Positions 11,965 through 30,014 of a DNA stretch of 64,000 nt are shown piece by piece; the stretch's first letter is position 1; each line of letters begins with the position of its first letter. A model generated the notes under the pieces. It was not told the DNA's origin and made no database searches. It saw only the letters and a list, made by a program, of their open reading frames with translations. A program made the position numbers and the translations under genes. The stretch lies in NCBI RefSeq assembly GCF_009914755.1, contig NC_060931.1, one strand, 5' to 3'. The DNA comes from the human T2T-CHM13v2.0 reference genome, Homo sapiens.

Positions 11965-12894
11965 TTCATGTTTATATCTAAAAAAAAAAAAATCACTCAC
12001 ATGTGAACTTTTCTTTAAATAATTGGCTATAGAGGACACATTTTCTTGGGAATAAAAAAGGCACTAGTAGTGCTATTTTTGTTGTGCCGATTGATGCCAG
12101 CAGATTTATAGTTGCCCTACTTGTTCTGTTTGTCTTGCCTGCAGAGTGGATAGGTGGCTGGGTACATTGCCCTCAAATCTTTGAACAATGGCCCCAGCTT
12201 TAAAATGTGCTTTCTTGTCCTATTTTCACCACTGAATCAATGTTAATTAGAAAAATCCTTTAACCTCTTTATGTCTTAGTTTTTTCACATGCGAAATGGA
12301 AAGAGCACCTGGCTCTCCACATGCCTAGAGAAATCTAGCACGGGGTGGTTAGAATTTGTGACTGCTGCCCTGTCAGTTCCATGGAGATGTCTGGCCTCTG
12401 GGCAGTATGGAGATGCAGGCTTGCCAGCAGTTTGTGATGCCTCTTTTGCTGGGTCCCATGGAAGGTTGCTAGATGCCCTGACTCCTGGTGTTCTATAGCC
12501 GGAGAAGACAGATTCGGTGTTACTTCTAGAACAGTGCCTCCCCACAGGACCAAGTCTAATCCGGTCTGATCTGTAGCCAATGAGAAAAATAAAGATAATG
12601 TGGTGCATGTGTCTGTGTGTCTGTGTGTGAGTGTGTGAGTGTGCATATTGTCAGTTGTTCTTTCTTCTGAGATAATGTGCTTCCTATTTTTCGGTGTGAA
12701 ATTGTTTTTTTTTTTTATGTCCATAATGCATACTTGTCATAAAATTTCAAAGTCTGCTTTAAAACACTGAGCTGAAGGACAACCCTGTTATTGTTTCCTA
12801 GATCTTCTGTGACCTGGTTTTGACAGTCAATGATTAACTTACTTTGGCTAGAAGAGGTAATGCTAAGTGTTGGAAGTTTACTCAGCTTCTTAAC

Positions 12895-13150
12895 TAGAAT
12901 TGCACTAACATTTACTAAGGGTACACTGCGTGCTAGGAACTGTGTTTGATGCTTCCATGTACATCATTTTATTCAATCCTCTTAGGAATTCTATGAGGTT
13001 GGAAGTGTTATAGCCATTTAAAATAAGGGCAATCTGAAGCTCAAAGAAGACAAACCACTTGGTCAAGGTCCCCAATTGTTAACCATCAAAGTCTGAATTT
13101 GAACTTGGTTTGTCTGAGCCCAAAGTCCATAGTTTTTAACCTCACTAGCC
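12895..13150 (-). mobile_element. MIR SINE
   Basis: AACATTTACT..TTCAATCCTC..CTGAAGCTCAAAGA..CAAGGTC..TTTGAAC. Confidence 0.6.
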
Positions 13151-14598
13151 TAATTCTGTAAATAGATCTGGGATGAACAGGACTCTTTCATCCATGACGC
13201 CTTCCTATCTGCTGAGTTGGTGAGAGTCTGAAGAGGGGCCAAAGCCAGGGACAAAGTGAGACCAAGTCCCTGAGTCACACAGTGACCTTGAGTGCATTCC
13301 AGAGATCAGACTGAAACATCCTCGATGATCTCTTCTGTGGTATCATCTACCCTTGATTTTCTATAAATAGGAATAATCAATGTTGACTGGACTGAATGAC
13401 ACAGAAGCAAACGAATTGTTTGTCCTCCAGGACTGTAACCAGCAATCAGCCTTGTATTCAGTGACATTTGGGCCAGTATTTACTTCTTTATCTCATATCT
13501 GTTTTGTCTGTGATTAAATTCCACTATGAAGGTGACCAAGAAAGCTAATGTTTTGAATTTTCAAGATTTCATTGTTAAGAAATCTGTTCAAGGAAAGGCC
13601 AAGTCTTTGGGCAGAATGACCAAATGCTCCTAAGCCTCAAGTTTGCGAACTTTATTTCAAAAAGTAGAGTACTGGTCTTTTTAGCTAAAGGTTCCCATTC
13701 TGTAGGTCTCATGGGGGTGTCCTGGAATCAAACCTGGGGATTGAATATAGGCAGAAGATCCAGGAACACACATTGGGAACAGTTCTAAGATACCCACATT
13801 TCGTTCAAGAGGCATATATAATCATCATTGGCTGGCTGGACACTTTTCCTTTATTGTTTTTCTTTCCAATCAACAGGGATGAAGAATAGCCCTTGTTGAC
13901 CCTACATGCCAAAAACAAATTGCACGAGCCTCCAAATAATCACTTTTTGGAGGGTATATTTTAGTACAAAAAAATGGACCAAACTGAAGAAGCCTTAGTT
14001 GTAGAGTCCAGAGGGTTGAAATTGGGGAGGGGTGAGAACCAAGGTGTCCTCATGGGCCAGGAGAGCACACCCTGGCCCATGCCTTTCTTAAGGACAAGGC
14101 ACGTGCTGGGCACTGTCAGCGTGGAGTCATGAATCCGGAAGAAGCAGTTGCACTAACTCAAAAGTCCTTTAGCATTTACAGACAGTTCTGTTTTTATCGA
14201 GTATAAGCATATCTTCCGAATGCTGCCTGCAAATGCCAACTCTCTGGCTGGCGCCATGCTTCTCCAAGGTAACGCGCTCTGTGTGCATGGCTGTCTTCAT
14301 GGCTGTTTATAGGCAGAGAACAATTCTCATTGATCAACACCTGGGCTGAACCAGTTGTTCGATATACAGGCATACCTTGTTTTATTGCATTTCGCTTTAT
14401 TGCACATCCTAGATACTGCTTACTACTTTTTTTTTTATATATACAAATTGAAGGTTTGTGGCAACCTGGCATCAGGCAAGTCTATTGGTGCCATTTTTCC
14501 AACAGCTTGTGTTCATTTCATGTCTTTGTGTCACATTTTGGTAATTCTCACAATACTTCAAACTTTTTCATTATTACATTTGTTATGGTGAACTATGA

Positions 14599-14928
<330 letters not shown>

Positions 14929-15071
14929 GATTAGTGATTTTTGACGTTACTGTTTTATTGTTTTGGGGAGCCATATAAGATGGAGAACTTAATAAATGTA
15001 TGTGTGCTAACTGCTCCCCTGACTGCCTGTTCCTCCATCTCTCCCTTACCTTGGCCCTCCCTATTTCCTGA

Positions 15072-15546
<475 letters not shown>

Positions 15547-18429
15547 TGAAAGCAAGGCCTCTTGCACAAAACAGTTGGCCAAGTTGTGAATGCAAAGGAA
15601 AAGTTATTGAAGGAAATTGAAAGTGCTACTCCAGTGAACACATGAATGATAAGAAAGCAAAAGAGTCTTATTGTTGATATAGAGAAAGTTTGACTGATCT
15701 GGATAGAAAATCAAGCCAGTCACAATATTTCCCTAAGCCAATGCCTTGTCCAGAGCAAGGCCCTATCTCTCTTCCATTCTTTGAAGACAGAGAGAAGTGA
15801 AAAAGTTGCAGAAGAAAAGGTGGAAGCTAGCAGAGGTTGGTTCATGAGGTTTAAGGAAAGAAGTTGCCTCCATGACATGGAAGTGCAAGGTAAAGTAGCA
15901 AATGCTGATGTAGAAATTGCAGCAAGTTATCCAGAAGACCTAGCCCAAGACAGTTGATGAAGGTGGCTACACTAAACAACAGATTGTCAGTGTAGGTAAA
16001 ACAGCCTTCTATTGAAAGAAGATGCCATCTAGAACTTCCATAGCTAGAGAAGAGAACTCAAGGCCTGGCTTCAAGTCAGCCTTCAAAGGACTCTTTTGTT
16101 AGGGGTTAATGCAGCTGGTGACTTTAAATTGAAGCCAATGTTCATTTACCATTACAAAAATCCCAAGGCCCTTAAGAATTATGCTAAATCTACTCTGCCT
16201 GTGCTCTAGAAATGGAACAACAAAGCCTGGATGACAGCACATCCGTTTACAGCATGGATTAGTGAATAGTTTATGCCCACTGTTGAGACTTACAGCTCAG
16301 AAAAAAAAAAAGATTCCTTGCAAAACATGATTGCTCATTGATGATGTACCTAGTCACCCAAAAGCTCTGATGGAGATGTACAGGGAGATTAATGTTATTT
16401 TCCTGTCTGCTCACACAACATCCATTCTGCAAATCTATGGATCAAGGAGTAATTTTGACTTTCAAATGTTATTATATAAGAAATACATTTTATATGATTA
16501 TAGCTACCATAGGTAGTGATTCCTTCAATGGGTTTGGATAAAGTAAATTGAAAATCTTCTAGAAAGGATTCACCATTCTAGATGCCATTAAGAACATTTT
16601 TGATTCATGGGAGGAGGCCAAAATATCAACATTAAGAGGAATTTGGAAGAAGTTGATTCCAACCCTCATGAATGACTTTGAGGAGTTCAAGACTTTAGTG
16701 GAAGAAGTCACTGCAGATATGGTGGAAATAGCAAGATAACTAGAATTATAAATGGAGCCTGGAGATGTGACTGGATTGCTGCAGTCTCATGACCAAACTT
16801 CAATGAATGAGGAGTTGCTTCTTATGGATGAGTAAAGAAAGTGGTTTCTTGAGATGGAATCTACTCTTGGTGAACATGCTGTGAACATTGTTGGAATCAC
16901 AACAAAAAATTTAGAATGCTTCATCAACTTAGTTGATAAAGCAGTGGCAGGGTTGGAGAGGATTGACTCCCAATTTTGAAAGAAGTTCTACTGTGGGTAA
17001 GTAAAATGCTATCAAACAGCATTGCATGCTACAGAGAAATATTTTATGAAAGAGTTCATCAATAAGTCCATTATTGTCTTATTTTAAGAAATTGCCACAG
17101 TCACCCAACTTTCAGCACCACTACTCTGATCAGTCAACAGCCATCAAAAGTGAGGCAAGACCTTCCACCAGCAAAAAGATTAAGACTCGCTGAAGGCTCA
17201 GATTGTTAGCATTTTTTAGCAATAAAGTACTTTTAAACTAAAGCATATCTGTTTCAGACATAATGCTATTGCACACTTCAGACTACAGTATAGTGTAAAC
17301 ATAATTTTTATATGCACTGGAAAACCAAAAAAAGTGTGACTCGCTTTATGACATTATTCACTTTGTTTTGGGGGTCTGGAATCAAACCTGCAATGTCTCT
17401 GAGGTATGCCTGTACTTAATGTCATCCCTAACTGTGACAGTGCCTCTTGGGCAAGTTTATCTTTGAGGTTATTTTGGACCATGGAAGGTCACAAAGAGTG
17501 AAGCGTATAAAGGGTTCCCTGAGAAAAGAGAGTTGGAACTTGAGGCAAGGTGGCAGGAGGAAGAGGAGAGAATACAGCTAAAAATACTTAGTATGGTGTC
17601 CCTAATTGGTGAAACTAGGCCAAGGTTGGCAAAACTTTTGTAGGAGAGTCAAGTCTGAAGGATGGTTAGTGGCTCCCTGGAGTCCTGATCTGGAAGAATT
17701 TCTGCAGTCACAGACAGCCTCAGCGGTGATATCTACAATGACTGATTACTGATGTCTGCCAAGGGCCCAGGAAGAGGTGTGTTTGGCATATTTGTCAGCC
17801 ATGCTCTGGTGGACATGTGGATACATTTTGAACTTTTTGGCCTTTTGCTGATCTTTATTTTCAGAAACACACACCAGCATTTCTTTTCTCCTCATGCATA
17901 TTCATGGCTATCTACTTGCTGCTCAAATAAGAGATTTATAGTAGTTTAGGCAGAATCTCTCAGAGGTATCTGAGCTAATGAGCAGTAAACACCACTCAGC
18001 ATATGTCTCTAGAAACTCTGGGCAGGGAAGCCTCTACAAGTTGGTCATCCCTGTGTAGTCACTTTTTCTCTTTGCAACAGATGTCCAATACTCAGGTTCT
18101 CCCATGCCTCCAAAACAGCTGTCACCCTCAAATCCCCTGGAGTGGATCACGACTGTGGCAGGATCTATGACATCCATTATGGGTTTCACACAGAAGACAT
18201 GATAGAGTGATATGAACTGTGACTGTGCTGTCACCAGCACTTTTAGTTATAACTGAGCTCTCTGGAAATATCTGCACCACTTGAGGGAGTTGGTGTCCTC
18301 AGCTGTGTCCTGCTGCATGATGTGAAATGGTAGAGGCAGGCCATTTGCCTCACTCCCTTATTGCTACACTGCCTGGCTCTTTGCTATTTTTATAAAAAAT
18401 CAAGTTTTCCTTAAATATCAAAGAATTTT

Positions 18430-18735
<306 letters not shown>

Positions 18736-18755
18736 TTATCTTCAGGGAGCCCCTC

Positions 18756-19116
18756 TGTTTTAGTCTACTTGGGCTGCTATACCAAAATACCATAGACTGG
18801 CTGGATGAAACAACAGAAATGTGTTTCTTTATAGTTCTGGAGGCTGAGAAGTCTGAGATCAAGATGCTGGCTGATTCAGTTCCTGGTGAGGGCCAACATC
18901 ACAGCCTCTAGACAGCCACCTTTTTGCTGTGTCCTCACTTGGTGGGGAGAGAGCAAGCTGCCATCTCAAGAACAGTGATCCCATCATGGGGGCCTCCCTC
19001 AAGATCTCATCTAAACCTAATGACCTCCCAGAGGCCCACCTCCCAATACCATCACATTGGGGGTGAAGACTTCCACCTAGAAATGTGAGGGGGATACAAA
19101 CACTCAGTCTGTAACA
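18756..19116 (-). mobile_element. MLT1A-like MaLR solo LTR
   Basis: TG...CA termini, AGTTCTGGAGGCTGAGAAGTCTGAGATCAAG motif, TSD CCCTC. Confidence 0.85.
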
Positions 19117-19198
19117 CCCTCCTTTATGGAAGGTGTGTCTTCATTAGAAAACACCAATCCTTGATAATATAACCAAACTTTTTAACACTAAAGAGTTT

Positions 19199-19553
<355 letters not shown>

Positions 19554-19789
19554 CTACCGAGTTGAGAGAATAGAGAGCTTTAATAATTATTAGCATTTAG
19601 CAAAATAATGATGTTTTCAGTTTTAAAAAGAACAGTAAGTGACTCAATTCCTATTGCTAATTGTAGAAAATGTCATGGTGGAACTGCGTGGGGAAATACA
19701 GAGGAAACTGCAGTGGGTTGGGGAGGAGGACCGTTTTGAACTGCTTTTTGTTAAGAGAACTGACAATTCTGCTTGTCGAGTTGTTAATA

Positions 19790-20365
19790 CAATGTTGAAG
19801 TTCAGGTGCTGTATCTGATTTCAATTCCTGACTCCTCCACTTAGTAGCACTGTGACTCTGGGCAAGTTACTGCATCTCTCTAAGTCTCAGCTTTGTCATT
19901 TCTAAAATGAAAGTAATAATAGTTCCTACTCCATGGGACTCAATGAGGAGAAGGTTCAATGAGGAGCTGGGAGTGGTGTCTCTTGCCTATAATTCCAGCA
20001 CTTTGGGAGGCTGAGGCAGGAGGATCGCTTGAGCCCAGGAGGTCAAGACCAGCCTAGGCAATAAAGTGAGACTGTTGCTACAAAAAAAAAAAAAAAAAAA
20101 AAGCCAGGCCTGGTAGTGTGCACCTGTGGTCCCAGCTACTCAGGAGGCTGAGGTGGGAGGATCGCTTGAGTTCAGGAGGTCGATGCTGCAGTGAGCCGTG
20201 TTCACGTCACTGCCCTCCAGCCTGGGTGATAGAGCCAGACTCTGCCTCAGAAAAAAAAAAAAAAGAAAAGAAAGATTCAATGTGAATGTATGCAAAGTAA
20301 TTCAGGATTGTGTCTGGAACATGGTAAGTGCTCATTAGATGTTAGCTATTATTATTATTAGTATT
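19790..20365 (+). mobile_element. MIR interrupted by an AluJ (~19964-20272)
   Basis: MIR core TGTGACTCTGGGCAAGTTAC resumes after the Alu; AluJ GGAGGATCGCTTGAGCCCAGG; TSD AAGGTTCAATG / AAGATTCAATG. Confidence 0.85.
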
Positions 20366-20439
20366 ATTAGCAGCATGGTGGGAAAGATACAGCACTAGGA
20401 AGCTAGAGCCCTTTCCCCAATTACTGAGGTACGTTGACA

Positions 20440-20650
20440 GTAAAAATAACAACGACAACAACAATAATAGCAACACTTTTATGTACTAGGCTCTTAATAT
20501 TATTACTATTATAATCATCCCTTACTTATAACTGTGGAAATTGAGTCACAGAAAGATTAAATAACTTGCCCAAAGTAACAAGGCTAATGACCAGCAAGGC
20601 CAGAGCTTGAATCCAGGCAGCCTGTTGCAGAGCTGACATGTTGAACTAAC
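20440..20650 (-). mobile_element. MIR SINE
   Basis: GGAAATTGAGTCACAGAAAGATTAAATAACTTGCCCAAAGT. Confidence 0.7.
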
Positions 20651-21687
20651 ATGATGTGTTGCTTTTTTTTGTCTATACAGTTAGGGCCATGGCTAGAGGC
20701 AACGTGTAGACCCAGTAATCTGTTGGGATCCCTCCATGTCTCGGATCCTTGGGAATGTCCCTGAGTTTAGATCTACTGTTATGCTCTATATCAGACAATG
20801 AAAAACACAGTTCTAAGTCCTTAGCTTGGGAAACTCTCATAACATTTGGCTTAGTGAAGTCAAATGGTACAAAATTCAAAAGTAAAAGGCACATGGTATA
20901 AAGTCTTACTTCAGCATCCAGCCATCTAGTTCCCTTGCCCGGAGATAGCAAATGTTAGCTAATGGATCAACTTTGAGCAAATTGTTAACCCAAAACTTAC
21001 CTCTTTATCATCCAAGACAAACACTGCTTCCATGCCCCACCTCCCATCTGTGCTCTGACTTCCTGGCTGGAGACAGAATTCTCAATGAAGGAGAGAAACA
21101 GAAGTAGTTTCTCTTCAGTGCCAGCCTCACCTTCCCTTCCCTTCTCTTTACGTCTCCCCTCCCCTACCACTCCTGGGTCTTTCTTTCCCAACTCAAACTA
21201 TCACCACTTTACACTACACTAAAGGTATCCTCAGGAGAAGGTTGGGACATCTGCTTTAACTTCCACAACTCCTTTGCTACCGTGACTATCATTCTGGGTT
21301 TATCACCAATTAACATACCACTCACGCTGTGAAGTATAAGGGCTGGTGTGGCTGGACCACCAAAGAAGACTCATTTGCTGTAATATTCCTAAACACAGAA
21401 AGAAAAAAAAATAAGATTTTCTTTCTCTAAGTATTCTAGTACTAAACCTTATAGCTACATATGTACAGGAACAGAGAGATATCAGGACATGCTATTGATC
21501 TCATTTGCAAAACCCCAAAATAATAGCAACAACAAACTAAGCATGCACACATTGACTAGCAGTTTAAACTGTTAACAGTGAATATGTTACTTACCAACTA
21601 TTTTAACTTTTAATAAGAAGCATGAATTTCATATATATACACATATATATGTATATATGATTTTCAGATCGCAGATCTTTTCTCCCC

Positions 21688-23425
<1,738 letters not shown>

Positions 23426-23432
23426 ATGAGTT

Positions 23433-23729
23433 TCATTTTTTTCTCTTCCTGAGACGGAGTCTCACTCTGTTGCCTGGCTGGAGTTCAGTGGCGAGATCTC
23501 GGCTTACTGCAATCTCTGCCTCCTGGGTTCAAGTGATTCCCCTGCCTCAGGCTTCTGAATAGCTGGGACTACAGGCACACACCACCACGCCTGGCTAATT
23601 TTTTATATTTTAGTAGAGACAGGGTTTCACCTTGTTGGCCAGAATGGTCTCGATCTTCTGACCTCGTGATCTGCCCACCTCAGCCTCCCAAAGTGTGGGG
23701 ATTACAGGCATGAGCCACCGTGCCCGGCC
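23433..23729 (-). mobile_element. AluSc-like
   Basis: Full Alu in reverse orientation. Confidence 0.9.
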
Positions 23730-23748
23730 TCATATTTTTCGTAAAAGG

Positions 23749-24990
23749 TGTGATGGTCAATTGTGTCATCTTGACTGAGCCATGGGGTGGCTAGCTGTTT
23801 GGTCAAACACTATTGTGGGTATATGTGAGGGAACATCTTAAGTCCTGGGCTTCCACAGAGACAGTTTCTATTAATTGCTTTTTTCCTGTGTATTGGCCAT
23901 ACTCTTTTGTTTCTTTGAATGTCTTGTAATTTTTTGTTGAAAATTGCATATTTAAAATGCTATAATGTGGCAACTGTGGAAATTAGATTCTCAGCCTTCC
24001 TCAGGGCTTGTCATTGTTGCTCTTAGTTATTGTTTGTTTAGTGACTTTTCTGAAATAGTCTGTAAAGTCTGTATTCTTTGTCATGTTTGGCTGCTGAAGT
24101 CTCTGTACAGTTAGTTTAGTGGTCAGGTAATGATTGGATACAGATTTCCTTAAATATCAGGGACTAATGAGCTTCCCAGTTTTTGCAAAGGGGTTCTGTG
24201 AGTAAATTGGGGCTAGCCTTCAACACTCAGCCAGGGCCTTGACAATTCTGTTTGAGCCTTCACAGCCTGCCTGCACACAGCTTCAAGGATATGTTGCACA
24301 GAGGTGAGAACTTAGGGCCTTCTCAGGTCTTTCCTAAGCATCCACACAACCCTGGGCTCATGCACAGCCCTCTGCAGGCATGTGGCCTTCTAGCTTTCAG
24401 GAATATGTCAAGTTCCTACAGCCATCTCATTCCCTGGCTTTTCCTTGAAAGCTTTTTGGTTAGCCTATTGTTTGCCAACTAGTATCCACTACTTCAGGCA
24501 CCCTTGAAATTAAATGGTTGCCTCCAAATGTTTTGAATAAATGTCCCCAGGGAAAAGGGTTTTTGCACCGGGTGATCTTCAGATCAAGTAAATCTGCAAT
24601 TAAAGTCTTGCAATTAAAGTCTTCCTGGGAACTCCCAGAGAGGGCAAATCCTGACAGATCTGTGGGAATGAGGTTTTGAAGGAACTCTAATACTACTGTG
24701 CCTCCTCCAGTGGCTGCCAGGCTATTGGCTTTCACTGTGATTGTGGGCTGTTGATTTTCAAGGCTACCACAGAGCTGGAGGAGGTGGGTGATGGGAACAG
24801 GGCAAGTTAAGCTTGCTGCACTTACTGAGATTCAACCATTTTTCTGGAATAAACACTCCCTGGATTGCTGCAAGCCTTGGGTTAATTTACAGAGTTCTGA
24901 AAAAGTTGAGTCTCATTATTTTTGCTGGTTTTCTCACTGCTTTCCTAGAGGAGAGAAGTTTTGGAGATACTTACATTTTTGCCAACAATA
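23749..24990. mobile_element. MLT2 LTR fragment (~23749-23835) followed by an ancient L1M 5'-region relic
   Basis: TGTGATGGTCAATT..CTTGACTG..TTTGGTCAAACACTATT is MLT2-like; the downstream sequence resembles L1M 5' regions. Confidence 0.5.
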
Positions 24991-25664
24991 TCCCAATGAA
25001 GTGTTAATGGGGAAAGAGAGTGAGTTGTGTGAGAAAGCAGTGCTGGAGTTACTGTTAGAGGTGGAGTCGTTTCAAGTGATGACAGGGCCCAGGGTAAGGC
25101 CAGGGGAATGGACACCTGGAATGGAGTGCAAGCGAAGGTCACTGCTGCGGGAGGGGGCAGGCAATGGATGTTCAGGCCAGACTGATGGGAGGGTGTCCAC
25201 ATGGAGGCTGAAATCCTCCAGGACCAGGATACTATTTGAGGGGAGAAGGAGACTGAACCAGGTGTCTAAGTCCTCCCTGACTGCAGGAGTGACCTGAGAT
25301 TGATGGATGATGGCAGTGTCAGTGCTGGGAAATGAATGTTGTCACATGCATAGCCAGTATGGAAAACAGTGGCAGAGATATTCTGAAGACTGAAGAGGAC
25401 CAGTACATTTTAAAAGAGAATTATGATATGTAAATAGATATCTTATACCAAGAAGGGAGAATTGTTGTCAAATTAACTAATGTGGTCTACCAATAGGGAG
25501 GATTGTTGTCAATTAAATGAATATGGCCTACCAGTAGAAAAACTTTAGTGCCAACAAACTATTTTTACTTATCTCTCCATGCATCAGGAGGTGAAGGTAA
25601 GAACTGCAGCCCTCGATAGATGCATCTTCTTGTCGTTCACCCTCTGTCTTCATTCTTGTTCATC

Positions 25665-25974
25665 TTTTTTTTTCTTTTGAGACAGGGTCTCATTCTGTTG
25701 CCCAAGCTGGAGTGCAGTGGCATGATCTCGGCTCACTGCAGCCTTGATCTCCACAGTTCAAGTGATCCTCCCACCTCAGCCTCCTGAGTAGCTAGGATTA
25801 CAGGTGTGTACCACCATGCCTGACTAATTTTTTTTTTTTTTTTTTTTTTACATTTTGTAGAGACAGGGTCTCACTACATTGCCAGACTGGTCCCAAACTC
25901 CTGGGCTTAAGTGATCCTCCCATCTCGGCCTTCCAAAATGCTGGGGTTACAGGTGTGAGCCACCACACCCAGCC
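25665..25974 (-). mobile_element. AluJ
   Basis: GATCCTCCCACCTCAGCC and CTCCTGGGCTTAAG J-type diagnostics. Confidence 0.9.
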
Positions 25975-26699
25975 TCTCTTCATTCTTTAAGGGAGTCTCC
26001 TTTCTCTGAGTTTATATTACCTGTTTTATCTCTGAGTTTACATCACGTTAGGGACCACAAGTCCCTGTTGCTGGAGATGACCCACCATGAGGATCAGATT
26101 GGTGACCTGCATATCTTTAGGCCAAGGTTAGTGAAGGACTAGAGAATCCCGGAGAGCCACACACTGCCTTTATTTTTGGAAAGCCATATTTTCTGCAGGC
26201 TCTGAGGGTACTGATTTAGTCATCTTTGGTCTTACACACAGAATCATGAGTATTCATTATGTAAAATTCTTTTAATCAATCTTTTCACAATGTATAATAG
26301 CTGTGATCATCAAATTCTAAGCTATAGCAGCCTACAACAGCAATGTGTAAAAAGCTCTATACACTGAAATGTCCTAACTGGGCCGTCGCCAAGTTATGTC
26401 TGAATACAAACCAAGACATCAAGATTTGGGGCTGGAAAACTCACTCTCAGTGTAATTTCTTAAAGCCATCATCACTTGGATTCAACTCTCATGACTGTGA
26501 AAAGCACTTCAAGTTCAGCTCTCAAGACTATGAAAGCAGAACCCAGGGGACCCGCGGTGGATTCAGCTGCCTTTTCTCTAATTTTCCAACCACGTGTTCA
26601 CACAAGACGTAGCAGTAAACAGCATGAGGAAAATCAAGCAGGGAAACCTTGCCTCCCCATCAAGTTGCTATAACTCCCTCTCCTGCCTGTCACTATTAA

Positions 26700-28050
26700 C
26701 CTCTGGAAAGAGTGGCCTGTAATTGCTATCTAGTACTCATTCCCATGCAGTCTGCAACATGCAGTGGCCTGTCTTCCATCTCCACCACTCAAAAAAGATC
26801 AACACTGATGGATGCTGTGCTCAAGAATGATGCCAATCTTCACCATTCCCTACCTGTTTGCTACTTTTGACATCGTTGAATGAATGACCTTCATCCCAAA
26901 AACTTTCCCCTTCTTTCACCCTCTGGGATACCTCTCCTCTATTTTTCCTCCTACAACTCTGACTCCACCTCTTCCTTCCCTGGCTCCTCTTCCTCCACCA
27001 GCTCCTTGCCATTTCCTCTAAGTCCATCCTAGGTTTCATATTGTCTCCCTCTTTACCATCTCTCCTTCAGTATTTGGAGCAACTTCCACCTAGTATCCTA
27101 ACGACCTAATCTACATGTTCAATCCACACCTGTGAGCTCTACGCCTCCTGTTCTAATTGCCTACTGGATGCTGACATACATATTTAGCAAATATCTCCAG
27201 CTCAACATGCCTCAAATTATACAAACTGTTTCCCTAAAACCTGTTTCTCTTCTTGTCTTCCCAGCCCCATGGCACCCAGGCTGGAAGTGCAGAGTCATCA
27301 TTAGCTATTCTCTCTCTCTGTCTGTCTCCAAGTTCAGTCTGTCTTATTTCTTACAAAACCAATCGTCTATCTCTCTCCTCTTCATTCCCACTGCCTTCCT
27401 AGCTGTCTCCTTGACGGCAGGAACTTCCTCTTTTTTCCAATCCACATTGCTGCCAGAATTCCCTCTACAATAAACAAATTTGATGAGTGTTAGTCCTTAG
27501 AGGTTTCCCAAAGCTAGGTGACTGTATGCCTCTGTTGGCCTGGAACAGTGCTGTTTTCTGCTGAGTGTTTGGTTATTCTATCTGGGTAGCATGCCCATTA
27601 ACTCTCAAAAGTGGCGCATTTGGATGATGAATTATGTGATCAGCCTATCACAGAGTGACAGGTTAAAATCCAAACTCTTTCACCTGGCATACAATCTGTC
27701 CCCAAGCTAACTTTCTAGTGCCATCTTCTTCCATCCTGTTTAATTGCCATTCCCCAAACACGCCAGCCTGTTTCCCAGCTCACTGTCATTGTTCGTGCTG
27801 TTCTCTCTTCCTGAACACCTTTCCCCCATTTGCCACTTCTCAAATCCTCCTTAACCTTCACTGCCCAGCCAAGGTAGCACCTCTTATGTGAAACAGCATA
27901 TCCTGTCTGCCCCATTCCCATCTGTCAAGAGCCTCCTCTCCATCCCCTGCTCCCCAGTGATCCTGTAGTGATTTGTTCAACTCTCTGTCACGTATTCTAC
28001 TTTGAATCTGGTACAATACCTGGCACATTGCAGGTCCTCAAAACATTTTG
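26700..28050 (+). mobile_element. L2 fragments with nested MER94-like hAT MITE (~27515-27647)
   Basis: Pyrimidine-rich L2 body ending CCTGGCACATTGCAGGTCCTCAAAAC; TAGGTGAC...GTGATCAGCCTA MITE termini. Confidence 0.6.
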
Positions 28051-28634
28051 AAGGAGAGGCTTTCAAGAGGCAGGAAGCCAGGAGGTTTTTTTTTTTTTTC
28101 TTTTTTTCCCGGCTGTCTCTGATTAGAATTAAACGCTTTTATTTTCGATATGGGACTTGCTTGAGAAAATCCAACATATCAGAGCCAAATCTATTTCTTC
28201 ATCTGTAGAGTAATAAGGAGAATAATTGCTGCTGCCAAAAGCTACCCATGTGAACTCAATAAGGTAATAAAAACAAGCCCTGCTGTTGAAGTAGAACGTA
28301 TTGAAATAGAGAGTGAGATGAGCCTCCCATCCTCTGTCATCTATCCCTACAATCTGCAGCCTGTGTGGTGTGGGGGGCAGGAGAAGATTCTGAGAACTGG
28401 CAACTGGTTAAATAGAAAATGTACCTATGGGAGGGAACAATGATTTATCCCAATACAAATGAAACTAATTTGAGGAATAACCACTTATTGAGCATGCACA
28501 TGGATCGAACATTGTGCTAAGAATTTTACATATAGTTTCTTTATCTTTCCAATCTTATAAGGAGATTGATGGATATTATGATTCCCCATTTTACAGTGCA
28601 GGAAACTGGAGCTCAGAGAGGTTAAGCAACTTGC

Positions 28635-29018
28635 TGATATAGTTTGGCTCTGTGTTCCCACCCAAATCTCATGTTGAATTGTGATCCCCAATGTTGGGGG
28701 AGAGACCTGGTGAGAGGTGATTGGATCATGGGGGTGGATTTCCTCCTTGCTTTTCTCACAATAGCGAGTGAGTTCTCACAAGATCTGGTTGTTTGAAAGT
28801 GCGTAGCACTTCCCCCTTTGCTCTCTCTTCCTCCTGCTCCTACCACATAAGACTTGCTGGCTTCCACTTCGCCTTCTGCCATGATTGTAGGTTTCCTGAG
28901 GCCTTCCCAGACATGCCTCCTGTATAGCTTGCAGAGCTGTGAGTCAATTAACCGTCCTTTTTATAAATTACTCAGTCTCAGGTAGTTCTTTACAGCAGTG
29001 TGAGAATGGACTAATACA
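28635..29018 (+). mobile_element. MSTA-like MaLR solo LTR inserted into a MIR (~28475-29065, -)
   Basis: TGATATAGTTTGGCTCTGTG...GGACTAATACA; TSD CTTGC / CTTAC; the MIR core resumes on both sides. Confidence 0.9.
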
Positions 29019-29349
29019 CTTACCAACAGCACAAAGCTAGTAAGTGGTGGAATTGGGATACGTAATAATAATGCTAATAACTCACACATGCGTACCACGG
29101 TGTCCGTGGTGTTCTGCTCAGTTCTCACACCCACCCTATGTATTATATTATGTTATATCTCCATCATCAGATGAAGGCAACTTTAAATAACTAGCCCAAG
29201 GTCACATCACTAGGAAGAAAGGGTGCCAGGCAATTTACTCCAGTAATCATATGCCTGGTCACTACCCTTGCTCTCCTCCAGGTCTGTCTGACTTTGCTAT
29301 CTCAGCTCTTTTTATGTAGCCAGAGAATCCATCAGATGGCTCTTCCCTC

Positions 29350-30014
<665 letters not shown>

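Noticed and set aside
24788-25297. 169-aa ORF
   Set aside because: GTG start, overlaps an old repeat relic, no recognisable domain or splice structure.
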